Origin: an uncultured Actinomycetes bacterium
GTDB taxonomy: Bacteria > Actinomycetota > UBA4738 > HRBIN12
Direction of reading: 5' to 3'
DNA length: 64,000 bases
NCBI GenBank assembly: GCA_963810945.1
Contig: CAWEPI010000008.1
Coordinates: forward strand, 1,238,850-1,302,849
Of the stretch, positions 51,771 to 62,231 are shown one piece after another. How positions within the stretch are numbered: the first letter of the stretch is position 1; each line of letters starts with the position of its first letter. The notes below the pieces were generated by a model. It searched no databases, was not told the DNA's origin, and saw only the letters and a program-made list of their open reading frames with translations. Position numbers and translations under genes: made by a program.

Positions 51771-53960
51771 TCAGATAGCGGGCGCCTCATCCAATTCGGA
51801 GAGATCCTCAGGCTCGACATGGATCCGCGGGAGCACGCGATCGAGCCCGGATGGGAACCACCAGTTCGCCTTGCCCATCAGCAGCATCAGCGACGGGACG
51901 AGCGCGGTCCGGATGATGACGGCGTCCACGAAGATGGCCGCGGCGAGCCCCAGACCGAACTCCTTGATGATCCGCTCGCCGCCCAGGATGAACGATCCGA
52001 AGACGACGATCATGATCGCCGCCGCAGCGGTGATCGTGCCCCCCGTAGCCGAGAGCCCGCGCCCGACCGCCGTGCGGTTGTCTCCGGAGCGCAGCCATTC
52101 CTCGTGGATCCGCATCACCAGGAACACCTCGTAGTCCATGGAGAGCCCGAACAGGATGGCGAAGAGCATGACGGGCAGGAACGCCTCGACCGGACCGGGA
52201 CGGCTCACGCCGAACAGGCCGCCGAGCCAGCCCCATTGGAAGACCGCGGTGACGATGCCGAACGCGGCGGCGATCGACAGCAGGTTCATGATCGCCGCCT
52301 TCAGGGGCACCACGAGGCTCCGCAGGACGAGCGCGAGCAGAAGGAAGGAGACGAGCACGACCGCGCCGATGAACAGCGGCAGCTTCGAGGTCAACACGGT
52401 CGCGAAGTCGGCGAAGATCGCGGTGATCCCACCGACGTAGACGGTGAGACCCGAGCCGCCGACCGCCGGCGGGATGACGTCGTCGCGCAGGACGTTGATC
52501 AGGTCCGTGGTGGCCGCGTCCTGTGGCGCCGAGGTCGGATACACCTGGAACAGGACCAGCTGGGAGCCGTCCTTCGCGGGGATCGTGGTCGGTCGGCGTA
52601 ACGGCCGCGACGCCGGGCTGGCCCTGGATCGTCGTCGCGAGCTGGGTCATCGCCGCCGGCCTGCGCGGGGTCGTTCGTCTCGGCGACGACCTGGAGCGGT
52701 CCGTTGAACCCGGGACCGAACCCGTCGGCCAGCATGTCGTACGCGGTCCTCGTGGTGCTCCCCACCGCGTCGTTCCCCTGGTCCGAGGAGCCCGAGACGC
52801 AGGCTGAAGGAACGGAGCGGCGAGCACTAGGATGAGGAGGAGGGCGATCCCGCCGAAGATCACGGGGCGGCGCTCGACGGCCTTGGACCACGCAGACCCA
52901 GAACCCGGCCTCGGACGACGAGCGTGGGCCGTCCGTGGAGAGCGACCGACGCTGACGACGCGACAGGATCTTCGGGCCGACGAACCCGAGCATCGCCGGC
53001 AGCAGCGTGAGTGCCGCGACCATCGTGAAGAGCACGCCGATGCTGGAGGCGACCGCGAGCCCGTTCAGGAAGCTGATCCCCAGCGTGAACATGCCCAAGA
53101 GCGCGACGCACACGATGGTGCCGGCGAAGAGCACGGCACGGCCTGACGTATCGATGGCCAGTTCCACGGATTCCCCGACGTCGCGGCCCGCCTGCAGGCC
53201 CTGCCGGTGGCGCGAGACGATGAACAACGCGTAGTCGACCCCGACCCCCAGCCCGATCAACAGGACGAGCTCGGTGGAGAAGACGGGCATCGTCATCACC
53301 TTGCTGACCAACCCGATCACCGAGATCGCCGTGCCGAGTGCGACGAGTGCGGACGCGAGCGGCATCGCCATCGCGAACAGAGAGCCGAACACCAGGAACA
53401 GGACGATGCCCGCGGTGATGATCCCGAGGCCGGTGCCGCCGACCGACGGCTGGTTCGCCTGCTGCGCGAGCTGTCCGGAGACCGCGACCACGACGCCGTC
53501 ACCCGAGGCGGCGGTAGCGGTGTGCACGAAGTCCTTCGCGTAGGAGATCGAGAGATCCTGTGCCTGCTGATCGAGCGCGACGGTCGCGAAGGCCACCGAG
53601 CCGTCGGGGCTGACCCGGCCCGCGGCATCCGGGCCGTACGGGAGGCTGGACGGCGACGACGTGAGGAAGCTTCGCAACGTCCGCGAGCATCGACTCGACG
53701 GCATCACGGACCTGCGGGTCGGTGACTTTGGTACCGCCGCTGGCTCCGATCACGATCTGCTCGGAATCACCCGACTGTTGGGGCGCGGCGGCTTGGAGCA
53801 ACTCGAGGGCTCGGGTCGATTCCGTGGCCGGGAGGGAGAAGTCGTTCGAGTAGGCGGTGCCTGCCGCCTTCACGATCCCGAACAGGATCACGAACGCCGA
53901 GAGCCAGGCCGCGACGACGATCCAGCGGTGTCGGAACGACCAGCCGGCGAGCTTCCGCAT
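51771..53960 (-). pseudogene. MMPL-family (RND superfamily) membrane transporter; at least four frameshifts
   Basis: agaggaag SD + ATG (MRKLAGWSFRHRWIVVAAWLSAFV...). The protein continues through four reading-frame segments, with shifts near 53500, 52860, 52790 and 52540. The C-terminus ...GKANWWFPSGLDRVLP is typical of MMPL. Confidence 0.75.
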
Positions 53961-54172
53961 GAGAGCGCTTCCTCTTGGGACGGCCGGGCGCGGCCGTCGT
54001 GCCTGTTCGCGTGTGGATCGGGCAGTGAGCCTACGGGATACCGAGCCCCGGACGATCTGACCGCGGTGCGGGTGGGGCCCTCCCACGAGGGTTCGGACGG
54101 CCTCATCCGTGCTCGTGGCCTCGGTCCAAGCTTCCGATGTGGGCGTCGGCCCCCGAGTGAGGTGAGCGAACC

Positions 54173-54979
54173 ATGTCGAAGATCCTTCGATCCGCAAGCG
54201 CCGCCGCGCTGCTGCTCGTCGTAGCGCTCTGCATCCCGCCGTCATATGCAGCACGAACGAGCGCGACGTCTCGACCCGCCGTGACCGGGCCGGTCGCGAC
54301 GTTCACTTCAGGAGGCGGCGCCAGCTTCATGCGTGTGACCGTGAACCGCTTCGGCCACCTCGGGATCGAGTCCCCGAAAGGCATCGGGCTCGTCGGGGGT
54401 GAGGGGGTCGCCCTCTGCACGGGTCTGCCTGAGGCGACGGCGATCGACTTCGACTCCGAGTACCCCGCCCTCAGCATCCGTGGCTTCACCGCTCCCGTGA
54501 TCAGCCAGCCGAAGCCCGGGGTGTTCCCCGTGACGATCACGCGTCGGACCACCCACGGCCACTTGAAGCTGACCTCGCTGTTCTCGATGCCGGATGCGGC
54601 CGAGAAGGACGTCGCGATCACGATGACGCTGAAGAACGTCGGGACGACGCCGGCGACCAACCTCGAGCTGTTCCGCTCGATGAACATCACCGGCAGCTCC
54701 GGCGTGGGGCCTCCGGAGTGGGCGGCGGCCACCGCTGACTCGGCCATCTACTGGCACAACGAACCCGCACACGGGGTCGTGCAAACGGCACGTACCCTCG
54801 CCGTGCCGCATGAGGGCGGCATCGTCAGCGACATCGATATCCCCGATGAGTGCGGCAGCTACTACGACTCGGTCCCGAACGAGTACGACGGCGGTGGGTA
54901 CGCCCGCGTTGACTACTCCCTGGGAACCTTGGCGCCGGGCGCATCAATCACCGTGGTGGTCACCTACCAGAGGTTCTGA
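54173..54979 (+). CDS. secreted hypothetical protein
   Basis: Signal peptide MSKILRSASAAALLLVVALCIPPSYAA. 268 aa. Confidence 0.5.
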   Translation: MSKILRSASAAALLLVVALCIPPSYAARTSATSRPAVTGPVATFTSGGGASFMRVTVNRFGHLGIESPKGIGLVGGEGVALCTGLPEATAIDFDSEYPALSIRGFTAPVISQPKPGVFPVTITRRTTHGHLKLTSLFSMPDAAEKDVAITMTLKNVGTTPATNLELFRSMNITGSSGVGPPEWAAATADSAIYWHNEPAHGVVQTARTLAVPHEGGIVSDIDIPDECGSYYDSVPNEYDGGGYARVDYSLGTLAPGASITVVVTYQRF

Positions 54980-55158
54980 GTGCCTTGTGCTTCGGAGGGG
55001 TCGGACGGACACTGGGAGACAAGGAGGCGCTTGATGCGTCCGCGCACTCGTCGCGACTCCTTCCATGGTCCCCGGGCTGCGCGCCGCACGGGACCATCGA
55101 GGCCCTCCAGGTGGTCCCGTGAGAGCGCCTACGTGGGAACGATCCGGAAGGAGGTCAC

Positions 55159-55371
55159 ATGCCCAAGAAGGAGCGATCCGCGAAGGGGGACTTCGCACGC
55201 GGCGAGCGCAAGACCGCGCGGCCCGATGCGGCGCCCGACTTCGCACGCGGCGAGCGCACCGCACCAACGCCCGACGAAGAGCCCGACTTCGCACGCGGCG
55301 AGCGCAAGGCGCCGGCACCTGACGCGGAGCCGGACTTCGCTCGTGGCGAGCGGGAGACGGAAGACGACTGA
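55159..55371 (+). CDS. small protein with four tandem DFARGER repeats
   Basis: Excellent SD ggaaggaggtcac ATG. A 48-nt DNA unit repeated about 3.5 times. A hairpin terminator lies downstream. Confidence 0.5.
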   Translation: MPKKERSAKGDFARGERKTARPDAAPDFARGERTAPTPDEEPDFARGERKAPAPDAEPDFARGERETEDD

Positions 55372-55444
55372 ACGTCGTTGCCAGAAGACGCCTCGGTGGA
55401 TAGCGCCTCGATCGTGTGGGCGCTTGGTGACGCCACCGAGCGAA

Positions 55445-55471
55445 GGGGCGGCGGGTTCTGCCCGCCGCCCC
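55445..55471 (+). terminator. perfect GC hairpin ggggcggcggg-ttct-gcccgccgcccc
   Basis: 11-bp inverted repeat 74 nt after the small repeat-protein stop. Confidence 0.5.
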
Positions 55472-55520
55472 GACCACGAGACGATTGACGCCGGGAACGA
55501 GTGCCCCGATACTCGCCAGA

Positions 55521-55537
55521 GAGCAGGTTATCTGCTC
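55521..55537. promoter_or_regulatory. palindromic operator GAGCAGGTTATCTGCTC upstream of transketolase operon
   Basis: 17-nt inverted repeat 27 nt upstream of the tkt N-subunit ATG. The core GCAGGTTATCTG recurs at 59343..59354. Confidence 0.45.
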
Positions 55538-55563
55538 ACCATCTAACCCTTGGAGAGCTGCGG

Positions 55564-56406
55564 ATGAGCGGAGGGGCCTCCCACCCGGGCGACGACCAGC
55601 GTGTCCGGGCGCTCCGCGCGCGCGCCAAGCAGATCCGGCGCACGGTGGTGCGGATGGCCGCCGGCAAGGGCGAGGGGTACGTCGGGCAAGGGCTCGACGT
55701 CGCCGACATCCTCGCGGTGCTCTTCCTCGACGAGATGCGCTACGACCCCGTCGAGCGCGGACCCGAGGTCGACCGGCTGATCTTCTCCGCCGGCCACTAC
55801 TCGATCGGCCTGTGGGCCGCGCTCGCCGAGGCCGGACACCTCGACGGCTTCGACCTCGATACGTACGGCGCCGACGGCTCGACGCTGATCATGTCGACCC
55901 ACGAGGGGCACCCGCCGCTGATCGAGCTCACCGGCGGATCGCTCGCGCACGGCCTCGGGGTGGCGGCCGGCCTCGCCTTCGGCTACCGGATCAAGGGATG
56001 GCCCGCGCGCATCTTCAACTTCATGACCGACGGCGAGCTGCAGGAGGGCTCCACCTGGGAGTCCGCGATGTTCGCGGCCTCCGAGCACCTCGAGCACCTC
56101 GTCGCCGTCGTCGACGTGAACGCCACGCAGGCCGACGGCGACATCGTGCTCGACATGGAGCCGCTCGTCGACAAGTGGCGCGCGTTCGGCTGGTGGGCGC
56201 AGGAGTGCGACGGCAACGACATCGCCTCGCTGCTCGACGCGTTCGCCGCGGCGCGTGAGGCCGTGGGGCAGCCGAAGGCCGTGATCTGTCGCACCACGCT
56301 CGGGCGCGGCGTGCCGCTGATCGAGCGGCGCGAGCGCAACCACTTCGTGCGCGTGGGCGACGACGAGTGGGAGGCCGTGGCGCGCGACCTGGAGGAGCAC
56401 GGATGA
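55564..56406 (+). CDS. transketolase, N-terminal (TPP-binding) subunit
   Basis: Split transketolase. TPP motif GHYSIGLWAAL...GSLAHGLGVAAG. Confidence 0.85.
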   Translation: MSGGASHPGDDQRVRALRARAKQIRRTVVRMAAGKGEGYVGQGLDVADILAVLFLDEMRYDPVERGPEVDRLIFSAGHYSIGLWAALAEAGHLDGFDLDTYGADGSTLIMSTHEGHPPLIELTGGSLAHGLGVAAGLAFGYRIKGWPARIFNFMTDGELQEGSTWESAMFAASEHLEHLVAVVDVNATQADGDIVLDMEPLVDKWRAFGWWAQECDGNDIASLLDAFAAAREAVGQPKAVICRTTLGRGVPLIERRERNHFVRVGDDEWEAVARDLEEHG

Positions 56407-57377
56407 GCGAGACCGACGGCTCGTGCCGCGTGGACCCGGTGCTGCTGGAGAAGTCCGGTCCGTTCGGCCGCGCGATCCTGGAGATCGGCGAGCGACGGCC
56501 CGACGTCGTGACGCTCTCGGCCGACGTCGCCGGCGTGACCGGCCTCGCCCCGTTCGCCGAGGCGTTCCCCGAGCGCTTCGTGAACGTGGGCATGGCGGAG
56601 GAGAACCTGATCAGCGTGGCGGTGGGGCTCGCCAAGGCGGGCTTCGTGCCGGTGGCCACCACGTTCGCGGTCTTCGCGACCCGCCGTGCCCTCGACTTCA
56701 TCGCGATCCAGTGCGCCCTGAACCGCGCGAACGTGAAGATCGTGGCGGCCCTGCCCGGCATCTACTCCACGTTCGGCCCGACGCATCAGGGGATCGACGA
56801 CCTCGCCCACATGCGCGCGCTGCCCAACATGACCGTGCTCGACCCGTGCGACAACGTCGAGATGGCGGAGGCCATCGAGGCCGCCGTCGAGCACGAGGGT
56901 CCCGTCTACCTGCGCGAGCTGCTCGGGCGCGAGACCGAGGACGTCGACCGGGGCGCGCACCGGTTCGCGATCGGACCGGCGCAGCTGCTGCGCGAGGGCG
57001 CCGACGTCGGCATCGTGACGAGCGGGATCATGGTCCGCCGCTCGATGGACGCGGCCGCCGAGCTCGCGCAGCGCGGCATCGAGGCCTCGGTGCTGAAGGT
57101 CTCCACGATCAAGCCGTTCGACGACGCGGCGGTGGTCGGCCTCGCGCGCGAGACCGGCGCGCTCGTGACCGCCGAGAACCACTCGGTGATCGGCGGGCTC
57201 TTCTCGGCCACCGCGGAGGTGCTCGCGCGCGCGGGCGCGCAGGTGCCGGTGCGCGCGGTGGGCGTGCAGGACGAGTTCTGCTCCTTCGGGTCCAACCCCT
57301 ACGTCGCACGCACGCACGGTCTCACCGCGGAGGCCGTGATCGCGGCCGCGGGCGAGGTGCTGGCGGAGCGGCGCTGA
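56403..57377 (+). CDS. transketolase, C-terminal (pyrimidine-binding) subunit
   Basis: ATGA overlap with the upstream gene. Transketolase pyrimidine and C-terminal domains. Confidence 0.85.
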   Translation: MSETDGSCRVDPVLLEKSGPFGRAILEIGERRPDVVTLSADVAGVTGLAPFAEAFPERFVNVGMAEENLISVAVGLAKAGFVPVATTFAVFATRRALDFIAIQCALNRANVKIVAALPGIYSTFGPTHQGIDDLAHMRALPNMTVLDPCDNVEMAEAIEAAVEHEGPVYLRELLGRETEDVDRGAHRFAIGPAQLLREGADVGIVTSGIMVRRSMDAAAELAQRGIEASVLKVSTIKPFDDAAVVGLARETGALVTAENHSVIGGLFSATAEVLARAGAQVPVRAVGVQDEFCSFGSNPYVARTHGLTAEAVIAAAGEVLAERR

Positions 57378-57378
57378 C

Positions 57379-58365
57379 TCAACCGTGCTCCAGCACGGAG
57401 CGCACGATCGCGTCGGCGCGCGGGAGGTAGGCGTCCTCGAGCGGCGGGCTGAACGGGACCGGCACGTCCGGTGCGGTGAGGCGCCAGAGCTCGTCGAGGT
57501 GGCCCCAGCACGACTCGGTGAGCACGGCGAGCACCTCGCCGGCCCAGCCCCCGGTGTGCGGACCCTCCTCCACGACGAGCGCCCGGCCCGTGGCGGTCGC
57601 GGACGCCGCGAGCGTGTCGACGTCGAGCGGGCGCAGCGACCGCAGGTCGATCACGGTCGCCTCGATCCCGTGCTCGGCGCTCAGCCGCTCGGCCGCCTCC
57701 AGGGCGTCGAGCGTGGTGCGCATCGCGCCGACGATCGTGAGGTCGCCGCCCTCGTGCACGACGTGCGCGCGGCCCGGCGGGATCGGCTCCGGATCCCACG
57801 CCGGTCCCTTCACCGCGTACAGCATCTTGTGCTCCATCACGACGACGGGGTTCTCGTCGCGGATCGCGCCGCGGAGCAGGCCGTAGGCCGACGCCGGGTC
57901 GCTCGGCGCCACGATCTTCAGGCCGGGCACGCCCAGGAGCCACGACGCCGGGACCTGGGAGTGCATCGCCCCCATCCGCGCGCCGCCCCCCACCGCGCAG
58001 CGGATCGTGAGCGGGACGCTACCCCCGCCCGAGACGAACGCGTACTTCGCCGCCTGGTTCACGAGCGCATCGGCCGCCAGGAGCAGGAAGTCGGCGAACA
58101 TGATCTCCACGACGGGCCGCGAGCCCGTGACGGCCGCTCCGAAGCCCGCGCCCGCGAGCGCCATCTCGGAGATCGGGGTGTCGATCACGCGCGCGGGCCC
58201 GAAGCGCTCCTGCAGGCCACGGGTGACCTGGAAGACGCCGCCGGCCACCGCGATGTCCTCGCCCATCAGCAGCACCGAGGGGTCGGCGGCCATCTCGTCG
58301 GCGAGCGCGGCGTGCAGCGCGTCGCGCACGGACACGCGCTCGGTGGCGACGGCGCCGGCGCTCAC
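57379..58365 (-). CDS. TPP-dependent dehydrogenase E1 component, beta subunit
   Basis: GTG start overlapping the alpha stop (GTGA). Conserved MGEDIAVAGGVFQVTRGL...VIDTPISE. Confidence 0.85.
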   Translation of the reverse strand: MSAGAVATERVSVRDALHAALADEMAADPSVLLMGEDIAVAGGVFQVTRGLQERFGPARVIDTPISEMALAGAGFGAAVTGSRPVVEIMFADFLLLAADALVNQAAKYAFVSGGGSVPLTIRCAVGGGARMGAMHSQVPASWLLGVPGLKIVAPSDPASAYGLLRGAIRDENPVVVMEHKMLYAVKGPAWDPEPIPPGRAHVVHEGGDLTIVGAMRTTLDALEAAERLSAEHGIEATVIDLRSLRPLDVDTLAASATATGRALVVEEGPHTGGWAGEVLAVLTESCWGHLDELWRLTAPDVPVPFSPPLEDAYLPRADAIVRSVLEHG

Positions 58366-59336
58366 GCGAACTCCGCGCCCACGAGCGTCGCCGGGTCCGG
58401 GAACGGGTCGTCGTGCGCGAGCCGGATCGCCTCGGCGATCTCCGCCTCGACGCGCCGCTCCACGGCGTCGAGGTCCTCGGCCGCCACGCCGTCTTCCAGC
58501 AGCCGGGCGCGCTCCTGGTCGAGCGGGTCGCGTCCCCGCCAGCGCTCGACCTCGTCGTCGGGCTGGTAGGTCACCGGGTCCGAGCGGCTGTGCGGCACGA
58601 AGCGGTACGTCTCCGCTTCCAGGAACCGGGGACCCGTCCCCGAGCGGACGGCCTCGAGCGCGGCCTCGGCGGCCGACGCCGTCGCGCGCACGTCCATGCC
58701 GTCGACGACCTCGGTGGCGATGCCGATCCCGCGCGTGCGCTCCGCGATCGGCGCCGCGGTCACGAGGTCGGTGCGCGTGTACTCGCTGTAGAGGTTGTTC
58801 TCGCAGACGTAGAGGACGGGCAGCCGCAGGACCACGGCGAGGTTCAGGCACTCGAGGAAGTAGCCCTGGTTGGCGGCTCCGTCGCCGAAGAACGCCACGG
58901 CGGCGGCGCCGCTGCCGCGCAGGGTGATGCCGGCACCGGTGGCCGCGGCGATGCTCCCCCCGACGATGCCGAAGGACCCGAGGAGGCGGTGCTCGCGCGC
59001 GACGACGTTCATCGAGCCCGACCGCCCGCCGCAGATCCCGGTCGCGCGCCCGAGCAGCTCGGCCACGAGCGCGCGCGGAGGCACGCCGCGGGCGAGCGCG
59101 TGGCCATGGCCGCGGTACGTGCAGGCCACCCAGTCGTCGGGTCCCACCGCCGAGCCGACCCCCACGCTCACGGCCTCGTGACCGGTCGCGAGGTGCACCG
59201 CGCCCTCGATCGTGGAGGAGAGCTGGAGGCGGCGGACCTCTTCTTCGAAGCGGCGCGCCAGCACGAGCTGCTCGAAGACGGTGGTGCGCGACGCCACGTT
59301 CGCCCCGGTCATGGCGCGGATGGTAGCATCGTTCAC
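58362..59336 (-). CDS. TPP-dependent dehydrogenase E1 component, alpha subunit
   Basis: TPP-binding GDGAANQGYFLECLNLA, YRGHGHALA. Confidence 0.85.
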   Translation of the reverse strand: MNDATIRAMTGANVASRTTVFEQLVLARRFEEEVRRLQLSSTIEGAVHLATGHEAVSVGVGSAVGPDDWVACTYRGHGHALARGVPPRALVAELLGRATGICGGRSGSMNVVAREHRLLGSFGIVGGSIAAATGAGITLRGSGAAAVAFFGDGAANQGYFLECLNLAVVLRLPVLYVCENNLYSEYTRTDLVTAAPIAERTRGIGIATEVVDGMDVRATASAAEAALEAVRSGTGPRFLEAETYRFVPHSRSDPVTYQPDDEVERWRGRDPLDQERARLLEDGVAAEDLDAVERRVEAEIAEAIRLAHDDPFPDPATLVGAEFA

Positions 59337-59337
59337 A

Positions 59338-59358
59338 GGTCAGCAGGTTATCTGAACA
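59338..59358. promoter_or_regulatory. second copy of GCAGGTTATCTG operator motif in divergent E1-alpha / VOC-GntR intergenic region
   Basis: cagcaggttatctgaaca is immediately upstream of the E1 alpha start, on the opposite strand, and about 40 nt upstream of the VOC gene. Confidence 0.4.
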
Positions 59359-59394
59359 CTTGCCACCGAGACGGAGCGGGAGGAGGCCGGGATC

Positions 59395-59874
59395 GTGGCC
59401 GTGGTGACCGGCGTCGACCATTTCGGGGCCACCGTGAGCGACATCGAGCGCTCGCTGGCGTTCTGGCGTGATCTCCTGGGCCTCGAGGAGGTCGGGCGCG
59501 GGGTGATCGAGTGGGAGCACATCGACCGTCTCGTGGCGCTGCCCGACACCAAGCTCGAGTGGGTGGAGCTGCGCGTCCCCGGCGGCACACGGGTCGAGCT
59601 GATGCAGTACCACCGCCCCGCCGGCGCGCTGCCGGTCCCCACCGGTCAGGAGAACGAGCCGGGGCGCTCCCATCTCTCGCTGCTCGTGGACGACCTCACC
59701 GCGGTGATGCGGGAGCTCGGCGCGGCCGGCGTGCGCTCGCGCACCGAGGGGCCGGTCGACATGGAGCGCGGCGCGTACGCGGGCGGCAAGGGCGCGTACG
59801 TCTTCGATCCCGACGGCGTGCAGATCGAGCTGATCGAGCGGGCGCGACCCGGTGCGGGAGAGGGAAGGGGCTAG
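59395..59874 (+). CDS. VOC-family protein (glyoxalase-like)
   Basis: gggaggagg SD + GTG. VOC fold. Confidence 0.65.
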   Translation: MAVVTGVDHFGATVSDIERSLAFWRDLLGLEEVGRGVIEWEHIDRLVALPDTKLEWVELRVPGGTRVELMQYHRPAGALPVPTGQENEPGRSHLSLLVDDLTAVMRELGAAGVRSRTEGPVDMERGAYAGGKGAYVFDPDGVQIELIERARPGAGEGRG

Positions 59875-59884
59875 ACTCGCGACG

Positions 59885-60601
59885 ATGAGCGACGAGTTCC
59901 CATCGCTGGAGATCAACCAGGCGCCGCGGAAGAAGCTCGCCGAGACGGTGGCCCAGCAGATCCTGAACGCGGTCCGCGACCTCCCGCCCGGCACCCGGCT
60001 CCCGCCCGAGCGCGAGCTGACCCAGCGCCTGAAGTGCGGCCGCTCCACGGTGCGCGAGGCCCTCAACGGGCTCGCGATGATCGGCGTGATCGAGATCCGC
60101 CACGGGCAGGGCGTCTTCGTCGCCGAGCCGCCCCCGATCCCCCGCGACCAGCCCGACGCCGAGCCCAAGGTCATCACGCCGGAGCTGCTCGAGGCCCGGC
60201 GGTTCGTCGAGGTCGAGCTGGCGCGCCTCGCCGCCGAGCGGCGCACCGAGGAGGACCTCGCCGCGATGCAGGAGCTGCTCGACCATCACCGCGCGCGCAT
60301 GGACGACCTCGAGCGGCCGGTGGTGGAGGCGTCCCAGTTCCACCTGCTCGTGGCCGACGCGGCGCGCAACCGCGTGCTCGCCGGCGTGGTGCGCCCGTTC
60401 TTCCGCCTGGCCTTCGAGCTCGGGCCGCAGCTGTACCAGACCACCGAGGGCTACGCGCACTGGGAGCTGGAGCAGCACACCAAGATCCGCGACGCGATCG
60501 CGTCGGGCGACGGCGAGCTCGCGCGCCTGCGCATGCTCGAGCACGTGACGTCGATGGACCCGCACTACCGCGGGGACCGCGCGACCTCCGCCACCTCGTA
60601 G
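59885..60601 (+). CDS. GntR/FadR-family transcriptional regulator (FCD domain)
   Basis: N-terminal wHTH (LPPERELTQRLKCGRSTVREALNGLAMIGVIE). C-terminal FCD helical domain. Confidence 0.8.
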   Translation: MSDEFPSLEINQAPRKKLAETVAQQILNAVRDLPPGTRLPPERELTQRLKCGRSTVREALNGLAMIGVIEIRHGQGVFVAEPPPIPRDQPDAEPKVITPELLEARRFVEVELARLAAERRTEEDLAAMQELLDHHRARMDDLERPVVEASQFHLLVADAARNRVLAGVVRPFFRLAFELGPQLYQTTEGYAHWELEQHTKIRDAIASGDGELARLRMLEHVTSMDPHYRGDRATSATS

Positions 60602-62231
60602 GGCCCCAGGACCCGATCCCCCGAGGCCGCCCCCTCCAGCCGCACCGCCTGCGGCTGCGGCGTGAGGTTCGCGAGCAACAGCGGCATGCCGGCGGCCGCG
60701 ATCGCGCCCACGCGCCGGGCATCGGAGGCGCCGACCACGTCGAGCTCTCGTCCGGCGCGCGCCGACAGGAGCCGGAACACGCGCGCGAGCCCCTCGGACG
60801 CGAGCACGGTCCGGTCGGCGCGCTCGTGCAGCGTCAGGGACCGCACGCCTACGGAGGCTAGCGCGCACGCGGACCCCACCGTCCACGCGGCGGCGAAGTC
60901 GGAGCCCACCCGGGCGTCGATCACGTCGTCGGGCGCGGCGGGATCGTGCGCCGCGAGGGTGAGCGGGGAGACCACGACGTCGACGCCGCTCGGCGAGCGT
61001 CCGCACCCGCGCGCCGACCTGCGCCTGGATCGCGAGCGTCCGCATGACCGAGCGCTCGTCCGCGTCGTGCACCTGCGGACTCACGGCGAGCGTCAGCGCA
61101 TCCAGGCCGGTCGCGTCGGGCTCGGCCCGGTTCAGCTCCGAGAAGTGCGACGCGGTGCCGCCCCCGACGGGCGCCGACGCGAGCGGCCCCAGCTGCGGGC
61201 GGAGCCGCGAGACGAAGTCGCCGCCGGCCGTGGCGCCCGAGCGACGCAGGAGCAGGACCCGCGCGACCCGCGCGTCTCCGAGCGCGCGCACCGCCGGGTC
61301 GAGACCCGAACCGTCCTCGTCGTCGTCGAGGAGCAGCGCGACCTCCAGCGGGACTCCCGCGTCACCGGCGAGCGTCGCGGCGACGCGGAGCCCGTCGAGG
61401 TCGCCGAGCGCCTCGGCGACCACGCGCAGGTGCGCCGGGGCGAGCCCGGCGAGCCGGCCCGGGTCCACATCGGCGTGCGGGGGGGCGGTGAGGCCCACCG
61501 ACGGCGCGGCGCACCCGCCGGGCCCGCCTACGTGCAGCAGGACGGGACCACCCTCGGGCTCGAGCGGCGGCGCGTCGCCCGCGATCCGCACGCGCAGGCG
61601 CTGGCGCAGGCGCTCACCCCGGTGCAGCGTGCGCGGCGCCGAGCGTCGCAGCGGCGTCGGGTAGGTCTTGAACGACGCGTCGGTCCAGTTCCGCTGGTCC
61701 TCCAGCTCCCAGCCATCGGCCTCGCCCTCGAACGCGAAGTCCGCGCGCGTTCCGCCGTCGAAGACGACCTCGAGGCGCGCGAACGGCGGGACCATCGCCC
61801 GGTACTCGCCGTCGACGAGCGGCTGCGGCGCGATCTCCCGCGGGAACGTCCCCGCGGTCCGCACCCCAGCGCCGTCCGCCTCGAACGACGCGTCGACATA
61901 GGCCCCCCACGGATGGAGCACGCAGATCCCGATCCGCCGGTAGACGAAGTCGCGCTCGGCCGTGCCCTCGATCGCGACGTCGAGGGTCCCGTCGGCCGAC
62001 CCCGTCACGGTGCCGCGCCAGACGAAGACGTCGCCGTGCGCGGCCTCGATGTCCACGGAGAACCCGACCCGCGTCCTCGCGGACGTCGGCGCGACGGAGC
62101 GTCGGGCGGACCGTCCCCCAGCGCTCGTCGCGCACGGTGACCTGCACGGCCGACGCGATCTCCAGCGCGCCCCACCGCACGTCGACCAGGTCGGCCCCGC
62201 GGAGCTCCGCGCCGAGGTGACCGGCCCTCAC
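60565..62231 (-). pseudogene. conserved hypothetical protein, translationally coupled to the DSD1-family PLP enzyme; at least two frameshifts
   Basis: GTG overlaps the upstream stop (GTGA) and reads VRAGHLGAELRGADLVDVRWGALEIASAVQVTVRDERWGTVRPTLRRADVREDAGRV. It then shifts near 62060 into ...SVDIEAAHGDVFVWRG... and again near 60990 into ...GVDVVVSPLTLAAHDP.... Confidence 0.4.

Noticed and set aside
57379-60246. 955-aa minus-strand ORF and other long ORFs (59696..62056, 61614..63998, 37407..40181, 9072..11270 read as a single protein)
   Set aside because: They are read-throughs across several real genes or their antisense in GC-rich DNA. Real gene boundaries were set from start-codon and SD context and from conserved domains.
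3935-62231. Programmed ribosomal frameshifting as the explanation for the split genes
   Set aside because: About 20 sites in unrelated housekeeping and accessory genes, with no shared slippery heptamer or downstream structure. Indel error or decay is far more parsimonious.
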